Assembly: GCA_965263355.1 (NCBI GenBank)
Contig: CBDHHL010000032.1
Coordinates: forward strand, 3,552,001 to 3,616,000
Length of the DNA: 64,000 nt
Direction of reading: 5' to 3'
From: Leptolyngbyaceae cyanobacterium
GTDB taxonomy: Bacteria; Cyanobacteriota; Cyanobacteriia; Phormidesmidales; Phormidesmidaceae
Part shown: positions 10,513 through 20,459 of the stretch, piece after piece
How the letters are laid out: the number at the start of each line of letters is the position of its first letter
Numbering within the stretch: position 1 is the stretch's first letter
Notes under the pieces: generated by a model
What the model was told of the DNA's origin: nothing
Seen by the model: the letters and a program-made list of their open reading frames with translations, nothing else
The model's database searches: none
Position numbers and translations under genes: made by a program

Positions 10513-11511
10513 CTAAAATCCCTTGGCAAAGTTCATGGCAGCTTGCTCTAACTGAATATAAAACCTTATAGGGACTAAATAGAGGAAGTAAGCTGCCGCC
10601 ATAGTAACAAATGTTTTCCTTGGCTCCTCAAATAAAATTCTCAAATCAGTCCCTAAAGACTTATGTAGCATTTTGACGGCCAATGTTCCGTCTCTCATAC
10701 TAACTGCCCGTCGAGCAATGTATCTCTGAAAATATGCCTTGGCTAAGCTAACAACATCGGCAAAGATCTCTGGATACGCTTGATTATACTTGTCAATAAT
10801 TCTCTCCAAATATTCATACTGGAGGAGAACGCTAGCAGATAGACCACCAGGATTGACTCGATAAAGAGTTAGTAATTCGGGAATGCCTTCACATTTCCAT
10901 TTGGTTTCTACAGCTATTCTTAACCAGCACTCAACATCTTCCGCTCTCTTAAAACTTTCGTCAAAGTAGAATGTTTCCTCTATGCCGTGCAGATTGGCCT
11001 TAAATTCAATATCCTTAAAAACTTCCCGCCTAAATACTGGCGACGAACCGTTACCAATTGGATTACGACGAAGGATATATGCAGGGGTAATATCCTTGAT
11101 CTTTGTGGGGATTTGTTTTAGCCCTGTTGGCTTATCATTTTCATCAATGAGTTCAGAATAACTAAAGCTAATTCCAATACTTGGAACTTCTTCTAGGTGC
11201 CTGACATGCTTTTCAATTTTATCGTTTGTCCACAGGTCATCAGCGTCAACCAATGCAATATAGTCACCAGTTGAGTTTCTAATGCCTGTATTGCGAGCGC
11301 CAGCCAAACCTCGGTTAGCCTGTTGAACAATTTTTATCCTTGGATCGTCAAATTGACGACACACATCAATGCTTCGATCAGGTGAACCGTCATCAACAAT
11401 GATAACCTCAAGCTCACTATAGGTTTGTGCTAGAACTGAGTCTATGGTTCTTGCTACAAAATCCTCAGCCTTAAAGACTGGGATTATGACGGATACCAGC
11501 TTATTTTCCAT
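10513..11511 (-). CDS. Glycosyltransferase family 2
   Basis: VSVIIP, VDDGSPD, NRGLAGARNTG, DADD. Confidence 0.95.
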   Translation of the reverse strand: MENKLVSVIIPVFKAEDFVARTIDSVLAQTYSELEVIIVDDGSPDRSIDVCRQFDDPRIKIVQQANRGLAGARNTGIRNSTGDYIALVDADDLWTNDKIEKHVRHLEEVPSIGISFSYSELIDENDKPTGLKQIPTKIKDITPAYILRRNPIGNGSSPVFRREVFKDIEFKANLHGIEETFYFDESFKRAEDVECWLRIAVETKWKCEGIPELLTLYRVNPGGLSASVLLQYEYLERIIDKYNQAYPEIFADVVSLAKAYFQRYIARRAVSMRDGTLAVKMLHKSLGTDLRILFEEPRKTFVTMAAAYFLYLVPIRFYIQLEQAAMNFAKGF

Positions 11512-11831
11512 TAAAAGTCTCCCAGAATTGAAGAGGCAATTATCTAGTTAATTTATACATTTAGACGTAACCAATTCAGATGAAAGCTAGAGGCTTCAAT
11601 GCAGACTTTCATATAGCCTCCTATATAAATTAAGATAAATTCATAGCTTATTCATGGCTTATTTTATAAATAAAATCTGTATAAAACTTAGTTTATCAAC
11701 CCTTTTGCTAGAAAGAATCCATTCAATGAACTCTTTAATTAAATTATATGTTTCCCAAACTGCATGTATAGTTTATTTCTAGCCTTTCCATCTTACGAAC
11801 AAAGTGGTAATCAAAGATTTATTTCCACCAA

Positions 11832-13157
11832 TTATGATAATTGACTAGACACTTCAGGCTCTAACTCATAAGTCGTTTCATGATTGTTTATTTGAGAAGT
11901 TTGTTCAGACCATGTTGATAAAATCTGTATCGATGATAACGATGTCCAAACATATAATATCCACGAGTCTCGGATAAACAGATTACTCTCGGTCATATTG
12001 CTGAGTGTAAGGAAAACTAAAATAATGACAGGGCATATAGCATATGACTGTTTAGTAATTCGAACTAGTTGAATGGATTTGACAGTTGTGATGAAAAAAC
12101 TGATAAAAAATATCATTCCTCCTATCCAACCTACCGAGAGTAATATTTCAAGGAAACCGTTATGCGCATTGGGTGCAGGCCAACCCACCAACTGTCTGAG
12201 CAAATCTGCAGGACCTCCGGCAGGTCCCCAAAAACCCTCATATCCATATCCTAGAAAAGGCCTGAGCGAAATCATATGCCAAACTGCTGGCCAAAGCTCG
12301 TCTCGTCCCGATAAATCAGTACCCTTGCCAAAGATGCCGAGTAAATCATTAGCATTTGCCTGAATATAAACCGATGCTGTACCGGCAAGTAAGATAATGG
12401 TGCTAATAGTAATGACCATATATCGATAATTGAGTTTTAAGGTATTGCATATGAAAAATGTCAATGCCATTGTTACTGATGCTAACAATGCAGTTGTTGA
12501 TTGAGATGCAATCACTAGAAATGTAGAAAGAAGCATCACAAATTTAATAATTTGACGCCATCTATTTTTGAAAAGATCTATATACTGCGTCGTCAGTAAA
12601 AATATTGTAGTAAGAGCCATCTGAGCACCCAATTTATTTTTATGGGTATATACTCCTCGCCAAGCCCCTGTGTGTGGAGGGACGTGCATAATCCCATACT
12701 TTGGAATTAATACCCCAAACAAAAAACACACAACCGTATTCAGGCAAAGAGCAATAGTTAGGAAGCGAAGCTGTTGCTTAAATGTGAAGCTGAGTGAAAA
12801 GAAAATAGAAAATGAAGTTGCGCCTAAAAATAGTATGCTTCGGCGCGAAGAAATATTTGGCCGAGCTGACCACTCAGGTGAAAGAAATACAAGTATTAGA
12901 AAAATGATTAATAATAAAGACTGTGGGCTAGATCTTAGTCGGGCTAATATTAGTTTCCAACGGAGCAATAAGCCTACAGTAGCTACCATATAAAAAAGCA
13001 TACTGAGGGTTGGCAGTAAAAAATTGCTGTTCGCTTCGCTAACGTCAACAAGCTGGCCAGCTCCGCCACTCGTTATTAAATTAATAGGATTGCCCAAGAA
13101 AAACCATAGGCCAAAGGAAACAAATATATACTCTATAATTCTTGGGATTCTTAACAT
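11832..13157 (-). CDS. wzy: O-antigen ligase/Wzy-type polymerase
   Basis: Multi-TM protein with WRGVYTHKNKLG, LSGRDELW, PFLGYG and AHNGFLE motifs, inside a wzx-wza-wzc cluster. Confidence 0.85.
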   Translation of the reverse strand: MLRIPRIIEYIFVSFGLWFFLGNPINLITSGGAGQLVDVSEANSNFLLPTLSMLFYMVATVGLLLRWKLILARLRSSPQSLLLIIFLILVFLSPEWSARPNISSRRSILFLGATSFSIFFSLSFTFKQQLRFLTIALCLNTVVCFLFGVLIPKYGIMHVPPHTGAWRGVYTHKNKLGAQMALTTIFLLTTQYIDLFKNRWRQIIKFVMLLSTFLVIASQSTTALLASVTMALTFFICNTLKLNYRYMVITISTIILLAGTASVYIQANANDLLGIFGKGTDLSGRDELWPAVWHMISLRPFLGYGYEGFWGPAGGPADLLRQLVGWPAPNAHNGFLEILLSVGWIGGMIFFISFFITTVKSIQLVRITKQSYAICPVIILVFLTLSNMTESNLFIRDSWILYVWTSLSSIQILSTWSEQTSQINNHETTYELEPEVSSQLS

Positions 13158-13239
13158 AATGTTCCCTATCGATAAAACCTCAATAATACTTATTAAACCT
13201 TTAATAGGTAAGAGAATCTCAACTATATTGAATCATCCT

Positions 13240-14175
13240 TTAAATGCCTAACTTTATCGTATTAAATGTTGCAAGTTTAAAATAAATAAGTAATGCTAGT
13301 GCAATTAATTTAGGGGTTTTATAGAGGTTTTTCCAATTACTGATTAATGCACGATTTACAAAGGACACACCTAAAACAGCCGGCATATTTAAACGTAGGG
13401 TTTGCCGAGCTAAGTACTGGAGCTGAGCAGCTTGAGCTGCCTTATAGTGCTTCTCAACTAGAGCTGGTGCTTCCTGACGCGCCTTCTGCATCAATATTAC
13501 CCACCCTTCCTCCATTTTCTTCAATGTTGATGATAACCCGGAGGTGTGTAAACGATATTGCACTAGTACCTGGTCAATGCCCTCAATATGCCAATGGTTT
13601 TGGATGGCCAGTCTAAATAGAAGGTCAATATCCTCGTTATATTGCATGGACTCGTCAAAACCGTGCAAATCTTCAAAGACTGATTTTCGAATTACAAGGT
13701 TGGACGTTGTTACTGTTGGATTGCTGTAAAAAAGGTCCTGGGGTTGGATAGTGTCAGTAATGTTGTCTGTCAGTTTGTTCGTTGTTTTACCATCAGATTC
13801 TATTAGTTCAACTCTTGAAAAGCTGACGCCCACTTGAGGGTGAGAACTCATGTAGTTGACATGGGTTAGAAGCTTGTCTTCTAGCCACAGATCATCTGAG
13901 TCTAAAAAGGCAACTAATTCACCGTTGGCTAGCTGAGCACCTAAGTTCCGTGCGACAGAAACACCACCATTTTCTTTGGAAATCAGGCGAACTCGCTTGT
14001 CTCTTTTGCAGAATTCGTTGACTACTTCAGCAGTATTGTCTTTCGATCCATCATCAATTACGAGTAGCTCCCAATTTCTGTAGGATTGATCAATGACCGA
14101 CTGAATCACCTCTGGGAGATAGGTGGCTGCATTATAAGCGGGAATAACAATAGAAACTAATAGATTGGAAGCCAT
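13240..14175 (-). CDS. Glycosyltransferase family 2
   Basis: VSIVIPAYN, IDDGSKD, NGGVSVARNLG, FLDSDD. Confidence 0.95.
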   Translation of the reverse strand: MASNLLVSIVIPAYNAATYLPEVIQSVIDQSYRNWELLVIDDGSKDNTAEVVNEFCKRDKRVRLISKENGGVSVARNLGAQLANGELVAFLDSDDLWLEDKLLTHVNYMSSHPQVGVSFSRVELIESDGKTTNKLTDNITDTIQPQDLFYSNPTVTTSNLVIRKSVFEDLHGFDESMQYNEDIDLLFRLAIQNHWHIEGIDQVLVQYRLHTSGLSSTLKKMEEGWVILMQKARQEAPALVEKHYKAAQAAQLQYLARQTLRLNMPAVLGVSFVNRALISNWKNLYKTPKLIALALLIYFKLATFNTIKLGI

Positions 14176-14223
14176 AATAGTATGCTGAATGATTCATCAA
14201 AATCTAAAACTAAGTTATGAGGA

Positions 14224-15501
14224 CTAAGAGGGAGAAAACGCACCTTTGCCAGAAAATACAGACTTCGATACAAGAACTGTGAATATGGGGAGTAGTAAAA
14301 GATGAATTCCTAGTACAACTGCGGCCACAGCAACAATATCAAACTGTGCAGCTATCAAGATTGCAGTCGTAAATATGGCGGTAAAGAATATATTCCACTT
14401 TAATCCATCCATTCCCCGGTCAACGGCTAGTAGTAATTGTTCTGCAACTAGGGCAAATGGTCTAGGTAATGCTGATAGACAGATTATTATAAGGACTGGA
14501 ATAGCTGGAGTCCATTTTGAACTAAATACTATGGGCACGTAAATCGGTGCTAAAGAGCTTTGTAAGATAACGAGTGGAAAAATAATGGCAGCACAGATTT
14601 TTATGCTTCTCATGTAGCTTTTTTTCAAAGAGGTTATACTATCTCGTGCCTCGCATAAATAAGGAAAGACAGAGTTAGAAACCATATTAATGGCTGTTAA
14701 ACTCAGCCCTAGCCCTGCATTGAAAGCAAAGAAGTAGAGTCCTAGTTGATCAACGCTAAAGAAACGGCCAATTAATAAGTAATCAATATTAGACCTCAAA
14801 TAATTCAGCATTTCAATGCCCAGAGGATATTTGGAGAAGTTGAATATTGCCTGCCAGTCTTTTAGGGTGAATTTTCCACTAGGTCGCCAGGAATGGCTTC
14901 TTCTATAAACGACTAGCCAGCAGATTTGGGCAATGAGTAATGCAAAGACAATACTCCAAATCCCCATACCCATAAGGGCTAATGTCACGATGAGAGATTG
15001 ACTCACAAAAGAACTAATAGCAGTTGCTATAGCTCCGATCTTTAGCTTATTCTCTCGACGTAGTAAGGCATCTTGAACTGCATAAAATGGATTAAAAAGA
15101 TAAATAGCTGCCATTAAGATAATGGGCAGAATTAATTTCTCGTTGTCGTAGAATTGGGCAATGGGAAATGCTAGCAAACACTGAACTGCAGCTATGGATA
15201 CGCATAGAATCCAGTTAGTCCAATAGGCTGTATCTGCTAGTTGTTCAATTTCTTCTTCCTTTGCTTGAATTAGTTTTGGAGCAATTCCGCCTTTCTGGAT
15301 AAATACATTCGCAAAGTCAGTAATTGCAAATATGATGGCCATAAGACCGTATTCTTCGGTGCTAAATGACCGCCCTAATACAACGACTATAGCGATACGA
15401 ATAACTCGTCTAAAAATTTGACTCGCTGTCAGCCATCCAATATTTTTGACAAGCTTGTCAGAAAACAAGCTTTTGATTTTTTTTTGCATTATATGGTGCA
15501 A
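14224..15501 (-). CDS. wzx: Wzx-type polysaccharide flippase
   Basis: Multi-TM protein with the PST-family pattern (EYGLMAI; NIDYLLIGRF; LGLYFFAFN). Confidence 0.9.
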   Translation of the reverse strand: MHHIMQKKIKSLFSDKLVKNIGWLTASQIFRRVIRIAIVVVLGRSFSTEEYGLMAIIFAITDFANVFIQKGGIAPKLIQAKEEEIEQLADTAYWTNWILCVSIAAVQCLLAFPIAQFYDNEKLILPIILMAAIYLFNPFYAVQDALLRRENKLKIGAIATAISSFVSQSLIVTLALMGMGIWSIVFALLIAQICWLVVYRRSHSWRPSGKFTLKDWQAIFNFSKYPLGIEMLNYLRSNIDYLLIGRFFSVDQLGLYFFAFNAGLGLSLTAINMVSNSVFPYLCEARDSITSLKKSYMRSIKICAAIIFPLVILQSSLAPIYVPIVFSSKWTPAIPVLIIICLSALPRPFALVAEQLLLAVDRGMDGLKWNIFFTAIFTTAILIAAQFDIVAVAAVVLGIHLLLLPIFTVLVSKSVFSGKGAFSPS

Positions 15502-15625
15502 GAGTTTTTATAAGACTAACTGTAGGGGGGGAAGTACTTCCCTTAGCTTTGATTATAAAGTCTGCTTTTGCTATTGAATGACGTTAGCGTTTTCAGACTC
15601 TAGTTCCTCCTTTTCTATCCTGTGT

Positions 15626-16732
15626 CTAGTTGTTGTCAAATAATCTAAACAGGAAGTTTAATGGATTTACTAAGCGAGCTGCTAAATCTAACACTGAACC
15701 ACTTGTGCTTTTAGGTACAACAATGACATCGCCATCTTGAACCTGATAGGTATCTATTAAGTCCCGAAGATCTACTTCTTCTTGCATTATTTCCCCAGTG
15801 GCGTCATCCATTCGAATAAATGCAACATCCTTGAGCCTTGCATCATCTGTCGGTCCGCCTGCGATCGCAACCGCGCTAGATAATGAACTATTGGGGGGAA
15901 CTGCAACTTCTCCTGGTCTAGTTACCTCACCAACGACCCGAACTCGAACCGTGTCTGGCGCAAAGCTTGATCTGGCTAGCAAATGATTGTCAATGACTTC
16001 ACCTTCAGGTAAGCGAGGAACAAATATAAGATCTCCGTCCCTAAGCAACATTTCTTCGGGTAGAGTAGCAGACCACAGCGTGTCCCAAAGATTTATTTCC
16101 GTATTAATAGTTTCACCATTGGGGAGTTCACGGATAACCACTACATTACGAATATCTGCTGTGCGTCTGATTCCCCCAGCTTCTACTAAGGCTTCACTAA
16201 TAGATGGAGGCGCATAAGCCACTTGGGTGTTTTGATTAATATTGACAGTATCCTCAATTTGGATAGGCCCAGGACGATAAACCTCACCCGAAACATTCAC
16301 GACTATGGGGCGAAGCGCATTTAAAGAAACGGATACTGCCGGATCGACCAGGATTCTATCGAGAATTACTCTTAAATCTTGCGTTAATTGATCGGTGGTT
16401 TTGCCAGCTGCAATTACTTTCCCAACAATCGGCAAGGCAATAGTCCCATCCGGTAATACTGATAATGGTCCTGTGTATTCTGGAAAGCCATAAACGCTGA
16501 CTTCAATACGATCGCCAGGACCCAATAAATAAGACGATGCCCCCGCATAGTTAGTGGGAACGGTATTGAGAGTGACATCGTTTGGAATATTAGTATCAGC
16601 TTCGCTGGTAGGTAATTCAGGCAATTGTGCAAGCTGTTCAGGTTCTGCTAAGACTACTGTAGGTACGCAACAGATTAATCCCAATATCAAGGGCATTGCT
16701 GTATATAGTCGGTTGTAACTAGGTTGAAACAT
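15626..16732 (-). CDS. wza: Polysaccharide export protein (Wza/OPX, SLBB repeats)
   Basis: YLLGPGDRIEVSV, PDGTIALPIVG, GEVYRPG/GEVTRPG. Confidence 0.9.
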   Translation of the reverse strand: MFQPSYNRLYTAMPLILGLICCVPTVVLAEPEQLAQLPELPTSEADTNIPNDVTLNTVPTNYAGASSYLLGPGDRIEVSVYGFPEYTGPLSVLPDGTIALPIVGKVIAAGKTTDQLTQDLRVILDRILVDPAVSVSLNALRPIVVNVSGEVYRPGPIQIEDTVNINQNTQVAYAPPSISEALVEAGGIRRTADIRNVVVIRELPNGETINTEINLWDTLWSATLPEEMLLRDGDLIFVPRLPEGEVIDNHLLARSSFAPDTVRVRVVGEVTRPGEVAVPPNSSLSSAVAIAGGPTDDARLKDVAFIRMDDATGEIMQEEVDLRDLIDTYQVQDGDVIVVPKSTSGSVLDLAARLVNPLNFLFRLFDNN

Positions 16733-16802
16733 GGGTTTAAAGGTTTGTTTTAGGATGGTGACATCCCTTCTGTAGAAAAGGGCTAGAAATTAATTTGAAA
16801 CG

Positions 16803-19028
16803 CTAGAGTCGACCATTGACATTGGTTGCATCGCTTATTGCTTTACTGCTAAGCGCGTTAGGCAAATTAGCGTGATTCTCATTAAAAGTGACTCCCTGAT
16901 TTTTATTCAAGTAGCGATCAGACTTTTCTTTCACATTGATGCCGTTAGCAACTAGACCAAGCACATTCTGTTGAGACTGTGCCAACATTGTCTTTGTCGT
17001 ACGAATGTTATCGGCATTTGCCATACCAGGACGCATGACCAATAGAACCCCATCGGTTGCACGCCCTAAGGTGATAGCATCTACCAGCCCTAAGATTGGT
17101 GGGCTGTCAATAATGACAAAGTCGTATGCTTTTTCACTTGCCTTGAGAAATGATGTGATGTGCTGAGACTCTAAAATCGCTAATGGATTGAAGGGAACTA
17201 CACCAGCTGTGAGAATATGCAGATTTGGTTCCTGCGAGACGATGGCATCCTTGAGTGGAGTTTGACCTACAGCAAAGTTGCTTAGTCCTTGCACGTTTGG
17301 TAAATCCCAAATGTGATGCTGTGTCGGTTTACGCATATCAGCATCAACTAATAACACCATATGCCCTAAATGAGCCAACGTTAGAGCCAGATTTGCTGCG
17401 ACTTCTGATTTTCCTTCACCGCCTACCGCACTGGTAACAGTGATCGTCTTAACCTGAGAATCTACGCATGAGAACTTTAGATTTGCTTGTAATGCTTGAT
17501 ATGCGTCAAGAACATGGGAATAGTCTGAATTTCTGACTAAAATGCTGGGGATATCGCTGCCCTTGATATTTCTTCTTTTCCAGGCGGGAATAATACCCAA
17601 AAGTGGATATTCGTAAAGTTCTTGACCTTCTTCCAATGTTTTTACAGATTGGTCTATGACGTCGGCAAGGAAGGCTCCAATTAAGCCAAGTAAGATACCA
17701 GCAACTCCACCTGCTAGAAGAAAGAGCTTTAGTGACGCTCCAACGGGTTTTGTAGGAGTTAGTGCTGGCGAGACTATGCTCGCGTTTCCAACATTTTGAT
17801 TTTCCAGAACTTGGGCTTGCTGAAAGTTCTGTAACAGAGTTTCATAGGTACTTTGTGCAGCACCAAGCTGTCGCTCTAATGAACGCTGCTGTTTTTCTAA
17901 AACAGGAATTACTCGGGCTCGACCTTGTTGAGTCAAACGGGCATTAGCCAATTGCTCAACCTGCTGTTGTAAACCTGATTGCGTACCATCAAGCCGTAAA
18001 AATTCTGCAATTAGATCTTGTTCGAGCTGACCTGACTGTAGGTCATCTGCGGGCAGGTCTAGTTCGTTTGTACCTAAAGTAATGCTCAGCCTTTCTTCGA
18101 GTAGGCCTTGTAGTGAGGCTTTCTGATTGCGTAAGGTGACAATTTCAGGATGCTCATCCCGATATCGAGTGCGGGCTAATGCTAAATCTGCTTCCACAGT
18201 TTGCAGCTGTTCTAACACAGCCTGGATCCCAGGAGATTCACTGACGATGCCTACAGCATAAGCTTCTTGGGAACTCAGCTTAAGCTTTTGCTGGAGTTGA
18301 GAGGCTTGGGCTGTACTATCGGCTAGCTGAGACTTGACCTGGATTAACGTATTGTCGAGGGTGAAAAGGGACTCGACCAAATTACGAGATTCCTCTTCAA
18401 GGTTGACGATATTATTGCCTTCCTTAAAGCGTCGTAGATCGGCTTCTGCTTCATCTACGGCAGCCTCAGATGCAGGCAACTGAGCGCTGATAAATTCTTG
18501 AGCAGCTAATGCTGCAGCACGGTTGCTCTGGATATCATTTTCAATGTAAATATCTGCTAGTGTATTTACGACCGTTGCAGCTATTTCTGGATCGCCATCT
18601 TTGTAAGTAACTTTTAGAACATCTGTTCCAGGAACTCCAGTGACCGTGAGCTTGCGTAGTAGGTCATCAGGCTGTAGCAATTCCCCCTCATCATTTTGCA
18701 GTTTTAATTTTGCAATTACTTCTTGGACAAGAGGCGTGGAGCGGAAGACTTCAATTTGGGTGTCTAGAGGGTTATCCAGATTAGTCAGTGCTCTAAGTTC
18801 TCGGGTGCTGCCTTCCAAACCGACTAAAGCAGATGCTTGGTTGGATAGCTCAAACAATAGCTTTGATTCAGCTTCATATTCAGGCTCTTGTGTAATGCCA
18901 ACGCCAACAGCTGCAGTCGTCGTTAGACCGAAAATAGTCAGAGCAATTAACCAGCGACGTTTTAGAACTCGCCAATACTGCTGTAAATCTATTTCTATCT
19001 CTTTAACAGAGTTATCTTGAGATGCCAT
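16803..19028 (-). CDS. wzc: Wzc/GumC chain-length regulator with BY-kinase domain
   Basis: N-terminal Wzz TM, coiled coil, second TM, Walker A GGEGKS, A' VDADMRKP and B IIDSPP. Confidence 0.95.
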   Translation of the reverse strand: MASQDNSVKEIEIDLQQYWRVLKRRWLIALTIFGLTTTAAVGVGITQEPEYEAESKLLFELSNQASALVGLEGSTRELRALTNLDNPLDTQIEVFRSTPLVQEVIAKLKLQNDEGELLQPDDLLRKLTVTGVPGTDVLKVTYKDGDPEIAATVVNTLADIYIENDIQSNRAAALAAQEFISAQLPASEAAVDEAEADLRRFKEGNNIVNLEEESRNLVESLFTLDNTLIQVKSQLADSTAQASQLQQKLKLSSQEAYAVGIVSESPGIQAVLEQLQTVEADLALARTRYRDEHPEIVTLRNQKASLQGLLEERLSITLGTNELDLPADDLQSGQLEQDLIAEFLRLDGTQSGLQQQVEQLANARLTQQGRARVIPVLEKQQRSLERQLGAAQSTYETLLQNFQQAQVLENQNVGNASIVSPALTPTKPVGASLKLFLLAGGVAGILLGLIGAFLADVIDQSVKTLEEGQELYEYPLLGIIPAWKRRNIKGSDIPSILVRNSDYSHVLDAYQALQANLKFSCVDSQVKTITVTSAVGGEGKSEVAANLALTLAHLGHMVLLVDADMRKPTQHHIWDLPNVQGLSNFAVGQTPLKDAIVSQEPNLHILTAGVVPFNPLAILESQHITSFLKASEKAYDFVIIDSPPILGLVDAITLGRATDGVLLVMRPGMANADNIRTTKTMLAQSQQNVLGLVANGINVKEKSDRYLNKNQGVTFNENHANLPNALSSKAISDATNVNGRL

Positions 19029-19827
19029 TGAACCTCACTGGGGAAAGGAGCTAACTACGGGGAGGGTAATATTACGGATTTAATATCAGAGGTTAACGTC
19101 TGAATTTCCAACTATATAAATTTCAATCAGCAATCCCATTGACAGACGAAAGAAAGGACTCAGTTCTAGAGAAATAGCTTTGGTTAAACTAACTTAAGTG
19201 ACCCTAGAGACACCTAGAGACAATTCCCATATATCTTCAATAGAATTATGCCCATCTTTTCAAAAGAACCAGTTATTAACCGTGAGAATTCGGTGGAGAC
19301 ATAAGAACTTCATTTCATCCATCAATTTTCTAAAAAACTGATAAAGTCTTGAAACAGTCACAGCGGTCTAACCACTAGTGGTTATGGACCAATGTGAGTC
19401 GCCAAGGTTAGTATTTCTGTGTCAATTAGATGCTGCTACAGGGTAACCCTGAAATCAGCTTAATAGACCTCCTTAGTCAAGTGAAGTGTTTGTAAAACGT
19501 GTCAATTGATACTTGACATATCCATGGGTTACCACACTTGATTCTAAATGGTGATGATGACGTCAAGATAGGACTGAAACGGCCAAACAGTTAACCAATT
19601 GCCAATCTCTACGTGTATGTAAGGTCATACATACGTAAGTATTGATAGACCATTGCTACCTCACTAGAGGTTATGAATCAAAGCGGGTTGATTAAGTTCC
19701 TGGTTATATTTCTCCATTTTCTGCTTGAGTGTATTTTGAGCATTCCTGGTGTAATTTTTGACAGGTGTGTTTGTCGATTTTATGGGGCCGTCTTGTCTGG
19801 GGAGCTACTGTTTCTGAGTTATCAAAA

Positions 19828-20448
19828 CTAATTTCCCTCTGGGTTTTCCAGAACTGCTTCATTTTGAGGGCTGTCCGTATTGTCATCTATGGTGTCGGTG
19901 GCTGAATTATTATCGTCTTTGGCAAGCCAATCAGGGATTGGGCGTTCAATCCCATTTTCTATTCCCTTAGGAATGAGGTGGATATCCACCGGATTTGGCT
20001 CTATCACATCATGGGTAGTCATTACATAGCGGGATGTGCCACTAAAGTCTTCATCTCCAACGGTCAGTCTATAACTTGCGTCATCCACCGTGAGCATAAT
20101 GGTGGTTTCGGGGTTATCTAAGCCATAAGTTTTGAGCTGCTTGGGAGTGGTGGTAATGGTTTCTTGGATGGTGTCACTGGTGATGATATTGAGTAAAAAA
20201 GCGACTGATGCAGGATCGGCAGTGGCGTTTTCCGGCTCAATCATCTGCCATATGTCGTCAGTTTTTGTGAACGTGAGGGTCTCATCTTCTCGCTCAAGGG
20301 TAAATGCACTGATATCAGCTTCAGCAAAATCAAATAGAGTTTCACCTTGATTGGTTTGAGTGCCTTTTTGAGTTTCAAAAATAGTGACGGCGGCTACTAG
20401 TGTTATCGCAACACCCAACAAAATTCCAGTACTGCGTTGTAATTTCAT
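19828..20448 (-). CDS. DUF4340 domain protein
   Basis: Start MKLQRST (20448), N-terminal TM, YGLDNP motif; last gene of a GldA/F/G-type operon. Confidence 0.8.
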   Translation of the reverse strand: MKLQRSTGILLGVAITLVAAVTIFETQKGTQTNQGETLFDFAEADISAFTLEREDETLTFTKTDDIWQMIEPENATADPASVAFLLNIITSDTIQETITTTPKQLKTYGLDNPETTIMLTVDDASYRLTVGDEDFSGTSRYVMTTHDVIEPNPVDIHLIPKGIENGIERPIPDWLAKDDNNSATDTIDDNTDSPQNEAVLENPEGN

Positions 20449-20459
20449 GTTTTTTCTCC

